A stretch of 63,985 nucleotides of DNA, counting the filler, from Elsinoe ampelina (taxonomy: Eukaryota), in NCBI GenBank assembly GCA_010093995.1. It is 4 parts of 3 records of this genome, joined end to end, with 100 filler letters (N's around TTAATTAATTAA, not from the genome) between each part and the next. Parts side by side here need not be neighbours in the genome. Positions count along the whole stretch, not along the records: positions 1 to 31,917 come from ML992511.1; positions 32,018 to 38,289 come from ML992514.1; 2 more parts are not named here. One strand, written 5' to 3'. The position numbers and the translations under genes were made by a program. Below, one piece after another: positions 23,319 through 35,000 of this stretch; the first letter of the stretch is position 1; each line of letters begins with the position of its first letter. The notes under the pieces were generated by a model. It was not told the DNA's origin. It did not search any database and worked only from the letters and a program-made list of their open reading frames with translations.

Positions 23319-24923
23319 CTAAGCCCCCGGACTCGGCCACCCCCCTTGTCCCCCATGGTCACTTCTACTCGACCACCCGCCTCCCCCCCCTCCCACTATC
23401 CTCGTCTTGGCCATCAATCCCACCCCCGCCATCCCCGCACCGCCCGCGCTCACTGCACTGCCCATGTAACTCGTCGCCGCGGTACCGGCCGAGCGGGCTT
23501 GGGATCCTGAGCTGGGAGTGGGGGAGAAGGAGGCGTGGGTGCTTGCTGTGCTTGCCGTGTTTGCTGGAGGTGGGTCAGTGGTCGAGGAGAAGGAGCTTGC
23601 GGGTGGTGGGTCGGGGTTTGAGCTACTGGAGACAGGAGGGCGGATGGGGACGATTTCGGTGTCGATGGAGAGTTTGGGGGTTGTGGATCGTATGAGAGGT
23701 GGGACGGGGAGGCCGAGTGTTGGTTGGGGCTCGGTTTGTGACTTGTGGTTCGGATGGGGCTGGTGAGATGATGGGTCTGGTCGTCGAAATGTGGTAGAGG
23801 GTTCTGCGATGGGGGACGTTACAAAAGGCCTGGAGAGTGCTGTCTTTGCTTGCAGGTCGTTTGCGAGTGGCAGAGGAGATTCTAGGTCGGCAACGGTTGA
23901 GCTTGCTCGTACTTGGGGTCTTATTGGCGTGGGAGATATAGGCTCTGTTCGTCGCCGGGAGATCTGGAATCTATGCCTCGGACTGTGCGCTGGTGAGAAT
24001 ACGACTGGCTTGTTCGTGACATAAGGGCTGATGAGAGACCCCGCTGGACGCTCAAGTAGATGCCCTAACCGCCGAACCGTGGCAGGACTGCGTTGGCAGA
24101 AGTCTGTCGCTGGGGTTTGTGGAATGTTGGGCGTGACAGGTGCACTGTTCACTACTCTTTCGGCTGGGTGAGACTGTTCTATGCGAGGCGCTATCCTGTT
24201 TGCATCTTGAGCGTTGCTCGTAGGACCTTGATCGGATTTGTCATTTCGTCGAATCTCGCGAGGGAGTCCGAAGGGTCTTTCTGAGATCGACATGGGCGAG
24301 TTGCACAGAAGTTCTGGGCCGAGAATGTGATCGGCTGCTATCGGGGTTGGCGGTAAGTTTGTACTCAGTGTTTCTTCCACGCGAATTCGGGTCATTCCAT
24401 GGGTACATGGTGGATCAATCGTTTGACCATTTCTTGGCTGCGCGGGTCCAGGTGTCCTAAGCGGCGCTGGCATAATGGATGTATCTATATTCTTCGTCAA
24501 CACAGGACGACGTTGAGACCAAGCGTGTGCTTCGTCGATGACGCCCATCGGTGGTTTGCCTTCGAAAAGCGCTCTGAGCTGGGATACCGGTAACGTGGCA
24601 TACCTGCGCTTGTCCTCGCTCCACGGTCGGCTGCATGCGTCTGGGGAACTCATTGTCTCTGATCTAGGCACTGGACGCCGCTTCACAGCATTTTGAATGT
24701 CCTTGCGGGCAGAACTCGTTGGTCCTCCTCCAGTCGCAGGAGGGAGTTCAGCAATTTCGTGCCCGACTGAAGGGATCTCTTCCAAGCGAACTGATGGATT
24801 GTTATCCTTTGTAGGAATCTGTCTGTAAAGCTCGCTATCGTCGCAGTACTGAGTTTCATGCAGAGTGGCGAGGGCCGGGAAATGCTGCACAGATGCGTTC
24901 GTTGACGGCAATGGTCTGCCCAT
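23319..24923 (-). CDS. Pro/Ser-rich 534-aa ORF, in-frame continuation of the NLR-like gene beyond a single TAG
   Basis: Junction reads GAA TAG CCT ATG in one frame (24932-24921); composition matches the NLR tail. Confidence 0.45.
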   Translation of the reverse strand: MGRPLPSTNASVQHFPALATLHETQYCDDSELYRQIPTKDNNPSVRLEEIPSVGHEIAELPPATGGGPTSSARKDIQNAVKRRPVPRSETMSSPDACSRPWSEDKRRYATLPVSQLRALFEGKPPMGVIDEAHAWSQRRPVLTKNIDTSIMPAPLRTPGPAQPRNGQTIDPPCTHGMTRIRVEETLSTNLPPTPIAADHILGPELLCNSPMSISERPFGLPREIRRNDKSDQGPTSNAQDANRIAPRIEQSHPAERVVNSAPVTPNIPQTPATDFCQRSPATVRRLGHLLERPAGSLISPYVTNKPVVFSPAHSPRHRFQISRRRTEPISPTPIRPQVRASSTVADLESPLPLANDLQAKTALSRPFVTSPIAEPSTTFRRPDPSSHQPHPNHKSQTEPQPTLGLPVPPLIRSTTPKLSIDTEIVPIRPPVSSSSNPDPPPASSFSSTTDPPPANTASTASTHASFSPTPSSGSQARSAGTAATSYMGSAVSAGGAGMAGVGLMAKTRIVGGGGGGWSSRSDHGGQGGWPSPGA

Positions 24924-24926
24924 AGG

Positions 24927-27900
24927 CTATTCCTTCGCCGTGATAGCTTGTTGGTGCTCAGACGCAGGCGATGGTGCTGGTGGCGTCTGGCTCCTTTTCT
25001 CGTCAATGCACCGTCGGTCCTCAGCCAGTGACATGATAATGGGGCGAAGAATTAGCTCGTCCTCCGCTAATCCTAGCATACGAGGAGATACAGCACAAGT
25101 CTCTCTTCCATCGTGACCAGCCATGGCGTCCTCTTTCGTCGGGTAATTCGAGGACAGCTTGCTCACAGGTGGTGCTGTATAAGAGGCTACTTCGGACCAG
25201 CCGCCGATGATGTCTTCGAAATTGGCAGATATATGAGAATCGTCCGTCAACGCACCCAAAGACGGGCTATCGGGCGATGTTGGCGTACGTGGGCCATTGC
25301 TTTGCTGATCTCTCGACGAGGGAGGGGCGGAAATTGTTAACTCATCCAGCTTTGCGAGAATCTCCACCTTGTGAGCATCTTGTATAATCTCCGAATTCCG
25401 AGCTGCAACCATGTGAAAGCCTTCTGATGGTGGTGCCGGTCGATCGTGAACATCTGCGGGAAGCTCTACCTCTGCTGATGGCTGCAGAGCTACCACATTC
25501 TCACCATAGACTTTTGGAGCTTGGGCTTTGTCGCCTGGAACCTGCTTCCACTGTGTTTCGATGCGCAATTTTGGCGTCGCTGTCCTTACAAACGAATTGC
25601 CAGGCGCTTCAATCAATGCTTCACTCATGGCTTCGTGCACCTGCTGTAGTGGGGGAATGGCAGGAGCAGGACTAGCGTCGGCATCTGTTCGTGGCAATAT
25701 GTCCGGCGGTCCACTCGCTTGGCCAGTGTGACGGTTTCCGTTTTGTGACGGAGTATCGTTGCCCATAGAGACAGCGGTGAAGGGAGAAACATCATGCGGT
25801 GACCATCGCCCTGTGTAATTGCTGCGCGACGAAATAGACGACGCTCCAGTCTGGCGTATTGTATTGGACGTTGGAGATAACCAATGACCAGCGGGATCTG
25901 CAGATCTAGGCATGATGTCGGTAAATCGGCTGGGGACGGGCGTGATCGTCAGTATCGGCGACGCTCGAGACTCCATGGATCCCATTGACGACGGATCGCC
26001 GGTACAGCTGACACTGTTCCCCACATGCGCACTATCCAGAGGGAACGCATCAGAATGATCTAGGTTACCAGCCCTTTCTTCGCTGATGACGTCGACGAAT
26101 TGTCCATGCAAGGATCTTTGGTACGGTGGTATTGCTCTCACCATCCGCTGTGTTGAATAGTACATCGGATCAGGAATTGTGTCGTGTGACATGTCGTTAT
26201 CGTCGAGACTGAGCGACTGGCCGGGACGTCTTCGCACCGCGCTGACTGCCATTAGAGGAATTCGTATCCGATTGGTCAATCTAGAGAATCCAGTGGCTCT
26301 GTCCCTGACTTTGTCTCTGGATGTGGGTGTAGGTGCTGCAATGGCGTGATTCGTTTCTGGTATCGGTAGATGATTACCGGTCTGCTCTCGCTGCCGCTCA
26401 CGGTGGACCTTTAGTTCCATATCAGCTTTCGCGCACTTGTAGCACACATCTTTGGAGACCGGATGTTCCGGTGGACTGATGTTACGCCGCACCTCGTAGG
26501 CATATTTCCATATCGGTAAAGCAGCTTCCAAGCGTCGATAATTTGTCAAGATCTGAGCAAGGTCCTGAACGTATGCAGCGTTGGCTTCTCTACCGGGTAA
26601 TGGCTTGCGCCTCACCAGATATAGCAGCATGGGGACGAGAAGCGAGTCGGTAACATTATCCTCGTTGCGTGTAAGGAATTGCTTCAAGGCCATTGCGAGA
26701 GGTCGCTCGCCGAAGTTGCGTGGACCGAAGATCTCTTTACAGGCGTCGACGGCCTGCTCGAGGAATTGAGAAGCGTATGTTATCGATCCAGCTGCTTGTA
26801 TGGCAAACGAGTGTCGGAAAACGGAGTCAATAGATGGTCCTAAGACTTTCTCGGCCGAGTCTGTCCGTGTTGACATGTATTGCCTCCAGACAGAGACGCT
26901 ATGTGCCACTGCTCCAGACATGGCGGAGCAGAAGATTAGGTTGTCCGACACCTTCTCTGCAAGCTCGGCCGAGCTCGTGCCATTGCTTTGCAGTAACTGC
27001 CAGCATCGTGCAGCCACAGAGACGGCATCCGACCACCGGGACTGCAAAGCGTCCAAGAGTGACAGGTCGTGTCTACTTCGGATTGTTTCCTCGTGGCTCG
27101 GTCCTTGTACGGTCTCTTGCAGAGCGGCGCGATTCTTCAGCAAGAACTTAGCGTGTGAAATGTCGCCGCTCACAGACACAGCTCTCGCATGGAGCTGCAT
27201 TGCTCGTAGCGTAGGTACTGCCATGGGTCCAAGGTCCGCCCTTCGAGAAGTATAGAGAAATTTTGCATGTTGAATGAATTCCTCCTTCCGATTTGCTCGC
27301 AGATACATTCGGCACAAGCTGAGTCCTGAGTCCGTGGCATCGTGCAAACCGTCCACCAGCTTGGCGTCGAAACTAAACTGAGAGTTTTGCTGTAGATGTA
27401 TCGCATAGTCTTTGTCCCCAATCTTGAAATGACTCCAAGCAAGTATTTCCAAGGCGCTTGCGTGTTGAGCTATCGGCAGCTCCGAAAGACGCCTCGATTC
27501 AGCCTCGGGTTTCAGCAGCTCGATAGCTTCGTGATGGCGGCCTTGCAATGAGTGTTGCTGTGCCGCAAGGGTGATTCGCCATATGGTTTCCACACTAGAT
27601 GCGCCGTACCATTTCTTAGCTTCCTGCATCCCTGTGATGGCAGCGTCTAAAGCCTCTTTACGTTGACCCAAGACATCATGACAATTGAAAAGTATGTCGG
27701 CCACAACAACACTTGCATCGGTCTCTCCGCAATTCCATTGTCTAACAGTATCAATGCAATTCAAGGCCAGCCGCCGAGAGGACGCAGTAGGACCGATGCC
27801 GAATGTATGACGGAGAAGCCTCAGAATCACGACAAAATCGTCTTTGTGCATCGTCACTAGGTCCAGTTGCAGATTTGGATAATCTAGACACGCCAGCAAG

Positions 27901-30432
27901 TGGTGTATGAGACTGCGTGACCGTTGATCCTTGTCCTTGGACACGGTAGGAATGACACTCAGGCCGATTGTCCAACAAGCTTTCAAAAAGTTCCGCTGAC
28001 GGTCGTGTGTCGGCGTCCGAGCAAACATCCAGATGTGTATGATTGGGCTGATGGATATGTTATTGAAGGAGTTGTTGACATTGAGCAGCGAATGTGTGCT
28101 TAAGAGCCGCAAAGCGTGTCGTAAGGGTCTACTGTCCCATTCCTCGATCTTACCAGAACCAGGATCGAGGGCCACGGGTGCTTGTGAGTTGTTATGCTTG
28201 TTCTTGATTATTGAAGCTGCCCTCTCGAGGGCAAGTGGAGTTGACTCGCTCTGGGGAAGATTTTTGAGGGCGTCAGCGGCGCGGTGGAACATCGCCTCCG
28301 AAATCTCATCAGAATGTAGGAAGCTGAGGATGCCTAAAAGCTCCAATGCATCCCTGGCGGCCGGATCTCTAGACGAGCGTATGTGCTCGACCGAGGCTTC
28401 CAATAATGACCAGACCGCGCGATTATGCTGCTTCGCGCCTCTTATGTCGCAACGACGGAGCATCTGAGATGGGTGCCGCCTCATCTCGCTGGGATACTCT
28501 GCAACAGTGCATAACTGTTTGCCTACGTAGGCTGCTGCTTGGTTGATTGCGAGAGGATTGTTGCCCAGACTCTGACAGATTGTTGTCGCATCCTGAGCAC
28601 TTGGCGGCACACTGAGGTCATGACTTCTGACACTGGCACAGAACAAGCGACAGGCCTCGTCCGACGACAACGGAAGCACTTGTACCGCGCCAATGGTGCT
28701 GTAGCGTCTCACTTCAACATGTCGTGACGACACCACGGTCGTACCCCTGCTGTTAATTGGCAGATACTCTGTGAGGTCAAGATTCGAGTCCTCAGCTCCG
28801 TCGAGGATGAGCAGCCAAGGCTTTCGCATCTGAGCGAGCCAGTGGACAAAGGTGTTTGCTTTGACTACACTGTTGGGGTGGCCGATACGGTGTCGGACTG
28901 CTATCCGCTGCATTTGCGCTTCGATGTTCTGTTTGGAGGTCGCATTGATCCAGTAAACTGCGGCGAATCTACGTGCCATTAGTCCAGGTCGGGCACAATC
29001 TTCATGGGCACTGACTTTTCACGTTGGTCATTGGCGAATTTTAAGACGATAGCAGACTTTCCACAGCCTGGACCGCCACACACGCTTAGTACGCAAGGAC
29101 GAGTCCGCGTAGAGGTGCTCCTGGGAGCGAAGCTTGCCCGCTTGAGTTGGGAGAGTACTTGAGACTGACCAACAAAGTATGGGGGAGGGATCTCCTTGAC
29201 TTCCCAAATAGTGTCATCTACTCGATGTGTTAGTACGTTGTCTGTAATGCAAAGGGACCACCTAGTGAGAACCAACCTCGTCGAAATCTCTGCATCCCAC
29301 GAAGCCCTGGTAAAGGCAGAAGCCTAGCCTGAAATTGCCTGTGACCTTCCACCAAGCTGCGAAGGACAGCTACGGTCGGGGTAGGATTGTGACGATGGCG
29401 CACTTGCAGGGGTGTCGTGTTATGTTCGGAGAGGTCATTCTGCTCCAGCGTGGGCAACTCTGCTGGCTGTGCGATTACGGCGCTGGAGACCTTCTCCGGA
29501 TCAATGTGAAGTAGCAGCTCTTTCATATACCCAGACGCAACCGCAGCAGCGTACCGTTGCCAGACCTTCTGCTTATGGCTGTCAGCATAGTCGCATATGC
29601 CGCGGATGACCAAGCACGGAAAACTGTCCATGATACCAGCGGCTTCCATTTCGACACAGAAAAAGCCTTGCTGACTGTATGCGGCAGCGCGGGCGGCGTC
29701 TTTGATGACAGCATTGCTGGAGCCGATTGGACCATAAAAAATCTTTGTCCTTTCTTTCTCCCTTGACGGCCTAGGAACCAGCTGCGTGTCGTCGCAATGA
29801 TCACACGACGTGTTGACCTCTGGATGACTGTATGAAGGCGTGAACAGCTTGTCAGTAGCCGACTCGGGTCGACAGTAGCCATTATCAACCATTTCCGGCG
29901 AACTTCCGAGCATCTTGTCAATGTGCTCAGCGATGGTGGATGTATTTGACTGATGATGTGCCTCGAGCCAGTGAGTAGCGTTCATAAGAACTGGAGGGGG
30001 AGGATCCAGTTGTCCAATCTTGGTGAACTTGTCGTTAGGACCATGTTTTCCCATATCAAGTTGTACGACTGCGGCCACGTCGTTTCTGGGTCGACTAACA
30101 ACGACATCTCCCAGTCTGATGTCATGCTTGTCACTCGGTAGGCCGCCGCCAATACCAACCAGAAGCCCAAATCGAATCGATGGGAATTCGTGTACAAGCT
30201 GGGTAGCCACGGTTGCTGCAGTGTTGTTTCCGATCTTAGAGAGGGTGGCGATGACGATGTTGTGGTTTCCAATACGGCCAAGGGTGTAAAACCAGGTGTA
30301 TGACTGAGAAGGTTTCCCGTATTGATAGATCTCGTCCAGCATTTGTATTACAGGAGCGAGCTCGATCTCCAAAGGACAGATGCACCCGACCTTGAAGTCG
30401 TGTAAATCCGGTACTGGCGAGGTCTCTGGCAT
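24927..30432 (-). CDS. Fungal NLR-like protein: PNP_UDP_1 nucleoside phosphorylase domain, NB-ARC, degenerate TPRs, long disordered tail (about 1799 aa, 3 exons)
   Basis: PNP motifs YTLGRIGNHNIV, LLVGIGGG, DIRLGDVVVS, CVEMEAAG, IRGICDYADSHK; Walker A GGPGCGKS; Walker B WLLILDGAED; LGNNPLAINQAAAY; introns 29276-29218 and 29015-28969 keep frame (5400 nt spliced). Confidence 0.9.
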
Positions 30433-30459
30433 GGTTTGCAATCACTTGCGTCAATCTGG

Positions 30460-30624
30460 ATGTGTGCGGTGCCGACCTATGTGTACGCGGACTTGACCAG
30501 TGTGTGCGGTGCCGACCTGTATGTATTCGGTTTCTACTTTCGATCGTGCAGATTCGACCTGTGGGTGTGCGGTCTTGACTCGTGTGTGTACGGTTTCGTC
30601 CTTTGAAGGTAGGGTCTTGACCTG
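30460..30624 (-). repeat. Degenerate tandem array of about eight 21-nt units just upstream of the NLR start
   Basis: Units translate QVKTLPS, KDETVHT, RVKTAHP, QVESARS, KVETEYI, QVGTAHT, then in a shifted frame xVKSAYT and *VGTAHI. Confidence 0.75.
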
Positions 30625-31120
30625 CGAAGGTCCAGGAACTGCGTTTGTAGGATTTGTTCGCGGTTGTGTGGTCTCCCCTATCATCGATTGGTAAAGGGGA
30701 AGCGGCACAGATGATGAGGCATTTCGGTATGCAAAGAGCTATCCCTTCACCGCTGAGTGGCACGGCAGGGGATCTGATACTTATCTACATGCCGAGAGCT
30801 CCTCTGGCAGTCAATCCATCATCACGAAGAGGAGAAATTCGGCCAGCCACATCAAACTAGGAGGAGCAGCCAGGGCTGCATGTACTCACGGCACATTTTG
30901 GATGTACCACTTCGACTAGCGCCAGGCTGCTGGGATTTCGAGCCTCTGCCTTTTTTTCTGGCCAGCGAATCGGAACGCCGACACTGGATTGTCGTTGATC
31001 ATTGTCAAAATACATGAAGAAGGGCGGTAGAACAGGCGTTGATGGCTGTACTTGGTCCAAAAACGAAGAAGAAAGAAAAGTCCATGATGAAACCTTGGAA
31101 CGATGTCAAACACTTTGTGG

Positions 31121-31380
31121 TGTCAGCCGAGGCAGAAGCTACAACGCCAAGAAGGACCCTGATTCCGTGCACCCAAGGTTGAACTGAGCACTTATTAACG
31201 GTTACACCAATTCATGATCAATTTAGACAGTTATTGTCTTATTCTGTTGAAACTTAGGAGTTCTGTTAATTCAGTTATCTTTTAGTTTATTAGGTTAAGT
31301 ATATATGTAATTACAATTTACCTAATTTTAGTAGATTAGGCAGTAATAAATCTCTTTCCCTCCCTACACACAAGTCAACA
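31121..31380 (+). repeat. Copia-A 5' LTR (260 bp)
   Basis: tgtcagc...gtcaaca; followed by gttataagcc, a RIP form of the GGTTATGAGCC primer-binding site typical of fungal copia elements. Confidence 0.9.
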
Positions 31381-31917
31381 GTTATAAGCCTGGTATAACT
31401 ACCCCTGCATAAGCAGTATATTTAGTTATCTTCCTATTCTATCTATTAGTCAATTCTCTATTATCTCGCTTTTTAAGCATTAGAATCTGTTAAGAACTGC
31501 CTTAACTACAACTATAGGATTTAGGTGTTAATAAAGAGATAAACAACTATAGATACTAACACATTAACAGCTAGAACACCTATTATTCTTGCTACATCAG
31601 CTGAATAGGCTAGCTAGCTATATATTATTAAGACTAGAGCTTTAAACACTAAGATCTAGTACATTGTTAATCCCTAGGAGATAGTTAAGCTAGAAGAGCT
31701 CCCTAAGCCTTAGAGGCTAGATATATTAGATTCTAACTTCTTAGCACTCTTTTAGATATATAAGGAGGAGCAAGCTTAGCATAATAAACAGCACAAGGCC
31801 TTAGTAGATCTAGCTAGCCTTATTTAGTTATTAATTGCACTATAAGTTCTTATAGTTATCTAACTAGAGGGAGATCCCTATCTATAGGCTATCCTTAGAG
31901 CATTAAAGAACAGATTT
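31381..31917 (+). mobile_element. Copia-A PBS, leader and RIP-mutated gag 5' end, truncated by an assembly gap
   Basis: Follows the 5' LTR; de-RIP reading TPIILATSAEWASWLxIIKTRA..IWxxVDP resembles a copia Gag N-terminus. Confidence 0.75.
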
Positions 31918-32017
31918 NNNNNNNNNNNNNNNNNNNNNNNNNNNNNNNNNNNNNNNNNNNNTTAATTAATTAANNNNNNNNNNNNNNNNNNNNNNNNNNN
32001 NNNNNNNNNNNNNNNNN
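31918..32017. other. 100-bp assembly spacer containing the TTAATTAATTAA linker (also 38290-38389 and 62226-62325); plain N gaps at 39509-39938 and 40868-41262
   Basis: Identical N44-TTAATTAATTAA-N44 structure three times; a six-frame-stop contig joiner. Confidence 0.95.
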
Positions 32018-35000
32018 CCTCGTTCTTAGCTTAGCTTAGACTACTAGTATAGACTATATTTAGACAGTTCGTAATATTTTAACTACCCTTACTATAGTAT
32101 AGTACGCTACGAGGTTAATAAGTAACTCTTACTCTAAGTTACTATTAGTATCTTCAATTACTAGTAAGCTAGGAAAGCTTACTATTAACGACATATCTAC
32201 TACTAGTTTAACCTCGAGCGAACATAGAAGGTCTCTTAGTATAGGGGAAGAACAGAGTAAGCCTAAGTTAGAGATAAAACCCTTCTATAGAGACTACGCC
32301 TACTTAAGGCGCTTCCTTGTTTAACTTAAAGCCTTCTTCGCTCTAGAGAGAGATAAGTACGCTAACGACGTAGCAAAGGTTCTCTATGCTAGGATATACC
32401 TAAAAGGCGCCGCCTTCGGGTAGTTTAAGCCTTATATAAGTAGCTACCTAGACGGATAACTAAGCCTAGATACAAAGGCTATCTTTAAGAGCTTTAACAT
32501 TTTTTAGGCAAAGATTAAGTAAGTCTTTAACGTATCTAACGAGGAGCGCGTCGCTACGATAAAGATCTAACAACTATAACAACGTAGGTCTATAGCCTAG
32601 TACTATTCCTAGTTCTAATAACTCGTAATACACCTAGACTAGAATAATAGTACTAAATATTTAGTATTCTACTAAGGACTAAGCGACTTAGTTAAAGACT
32701 AAATAATACTCGAGCTGCCTAATAGCCTCTAAGAACTAGTAGATACTACAATTGCTATTAATAACTAACTCTATAAACGACATATAGAACGTTATAGAGA
32801 ATATAAGATAAATACTAGATATACGTGTTTCTCCTAAAACTATAGAGACTCTATAGAACTTAATACTATACGCGAGAGCTACTCCTTATAGGTATAAGGC
32901 TATAGCTATAGAGGAAAGTCCCTTAGTAGAAAAGAGAGAGAGAAGTATAGATAAGGCAACCTATGTTTTAAGTATAAAAGACCTAAGTATCGAGCTAGGG
33001 ACTACCGATAAGGGGCGCTAGCTAATAGATTATATATAATAGTTGCTAGACTAGTAGAAAAAAAGGCTAATACTACTATAGAAGACCTAATAACCTTTAG
33101 CGTAGGTAAGGAAATATAGAAGAAGTCTACGACGACTTAAGAGGTAATAGAATTCTCTCTAGATGTTATACTTAATATCTCTATAACTAATAGTAAATAA
33201 CAAAGCTAACACGTAACACTATTATAGATAGTATATTATAATAACTCTTATTATATTCACTTATTAGACAAGTAGGGATCTAGTTAGTTTCTATATAAGC
33301 TATCTAGGCGTAGGACTAACGAAATAGCTAGACTAGGAACCTAACCTAGAGAAGCTTTCTATAATTAGTAGTAACATTAACTAACCTTAGAAGGTAGTTA
33401 GCGACAATTATTAATATACAATTATTGAAATAAAGTATTAGAACGCAAGTACTATACGATAATATAGTAGCTTTACCTTTAGCCCTTATAGCGAACTATA
33501 AGGAAAGGTATATTATATATTACTCTAGAAATGTATAAATCTAAATTATAAATAGTACTATACTATCTACTTATACGATATACTTAGAGAAGAAGCTATT
33601 AGTCTTAAATACACTATAGACTTCTTAGTAATTAAAATAGGTAGTACTATTCCCTATAGCTAAGTATAAGAATATACTTAGTGTAGCCTTACTAACTATA
33701 ACTATACTAGGGGCAGTAGCGACGAAGAGAAATATAACAAAGAATATACTAAAAGACTATAATATAATAACACGGATAAAGACTTATTCGATAATAACGA
33801 TAACGATATACTACTACTAGGCGAACGACTTAAGGCATACCTTATAGAGATATAGAGAAACTATATAATAATATATACCTACTACTAGAATAGAATATAA
33901 CAACATAAATCTACTTAACTCGCGTTTATCTTTAATATAAATACCTAGCTATACCTAGAGAGAATAGTTATACTAATACGGGTGTATACTACTACTTAGT
34001 ATAACTAGTAGAGAATTATTGGACTTTATAGCTACTAAGGGACTTAGGCGCTAGAAGTTTACCTCGCTATATTAAATAGCGACAAAACACGACTTACCTA
34101 GTAGATATAGTACTAATAATAGATACGTACGGGAAGGGATTAACTACTTATCTAAGGCGCTACAATAACAAAAAACTAGCTAGTTATCGCCTAAGGAGGT
34201 AAGATAATAACACTAGCTAAAGCCTTAATATAATAAAGATCTATATATTAAATTACTTTATACTAGAAATCTAGATATAAGGAAATAAAGTAAGAGTAAT
34301 AATAGATTTAGGAGCTAACTATAGCTACGTCTCTATAACAATTGCTAATTAGCTTAAACCTTATTAACATTAGAAGGAGTTACCTTATCTACTTACTATA
34401 GCGAATAGAACCTCTATAGAGAAGAATAGGAAAGTTACTTAGGAACTATAGAACATTACAATTAAAATCGAAACACATATAGAAAAACGATTAATCGATA
34501 TAGTAGATATATAGTACAATATAGTACTTAGTATAGACTAGCTCTAATAATACAATCTAGACGTAGACTAGATTAAAGAAACACTTAAATTCCCTAAGTA
34601 TAATTATAAGAAGCAAGGAGCATAATTAGCTCTATAGATACTAACTACAAGGACAGTATAGGTATAACTAATAGTTAGAGCTATTACTAGCGTAAGTAAC
34701 TAAGCACTTCCGCCGGAATATAAAGACTTTAAGGATTTATTTAAAGAAAGGAAAGGTATTATAGCCTTACTCTAACATAAACTATAGAATTACGAAATAC
34801 CTTTTAAAGAAGGTAAATCCCTAATATACTATTAAGGTCTTATACTACTATTAAAATAAGAGGAGAATGTTCTTAAGAACTATATTAATAAGCACTTACT
34901 TAAAGGATTTATACAACTATTAAAATTACCTATTACGTACGAAGTGCTTTTTATACTAAAAAAGAATAAGATATTACAAATATATATTAATTATTAGAAA

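Noticed and set aside
30460..30624. CRISPR-like interpretation of the 21-nt array
   Set aside because: Eukaryotic context, head-to-tail degenerate units with no unique spacers, no cas genes.
1011..31120. Idea that the gene block is cargo of one giant LTR element
   Set aside because: The left LTR is a 3' LTR (after a PPT) and the right is a 5' LTR (before a PBS), the wrong order for one element; the genes are ordinary housekeeping loci.
31962..31973. Palindromic TTAATTAATTAA inside N runs, three times in the window
   Set aside because: Artificial six-frame-stop linker inserted at contig joins; not biological.
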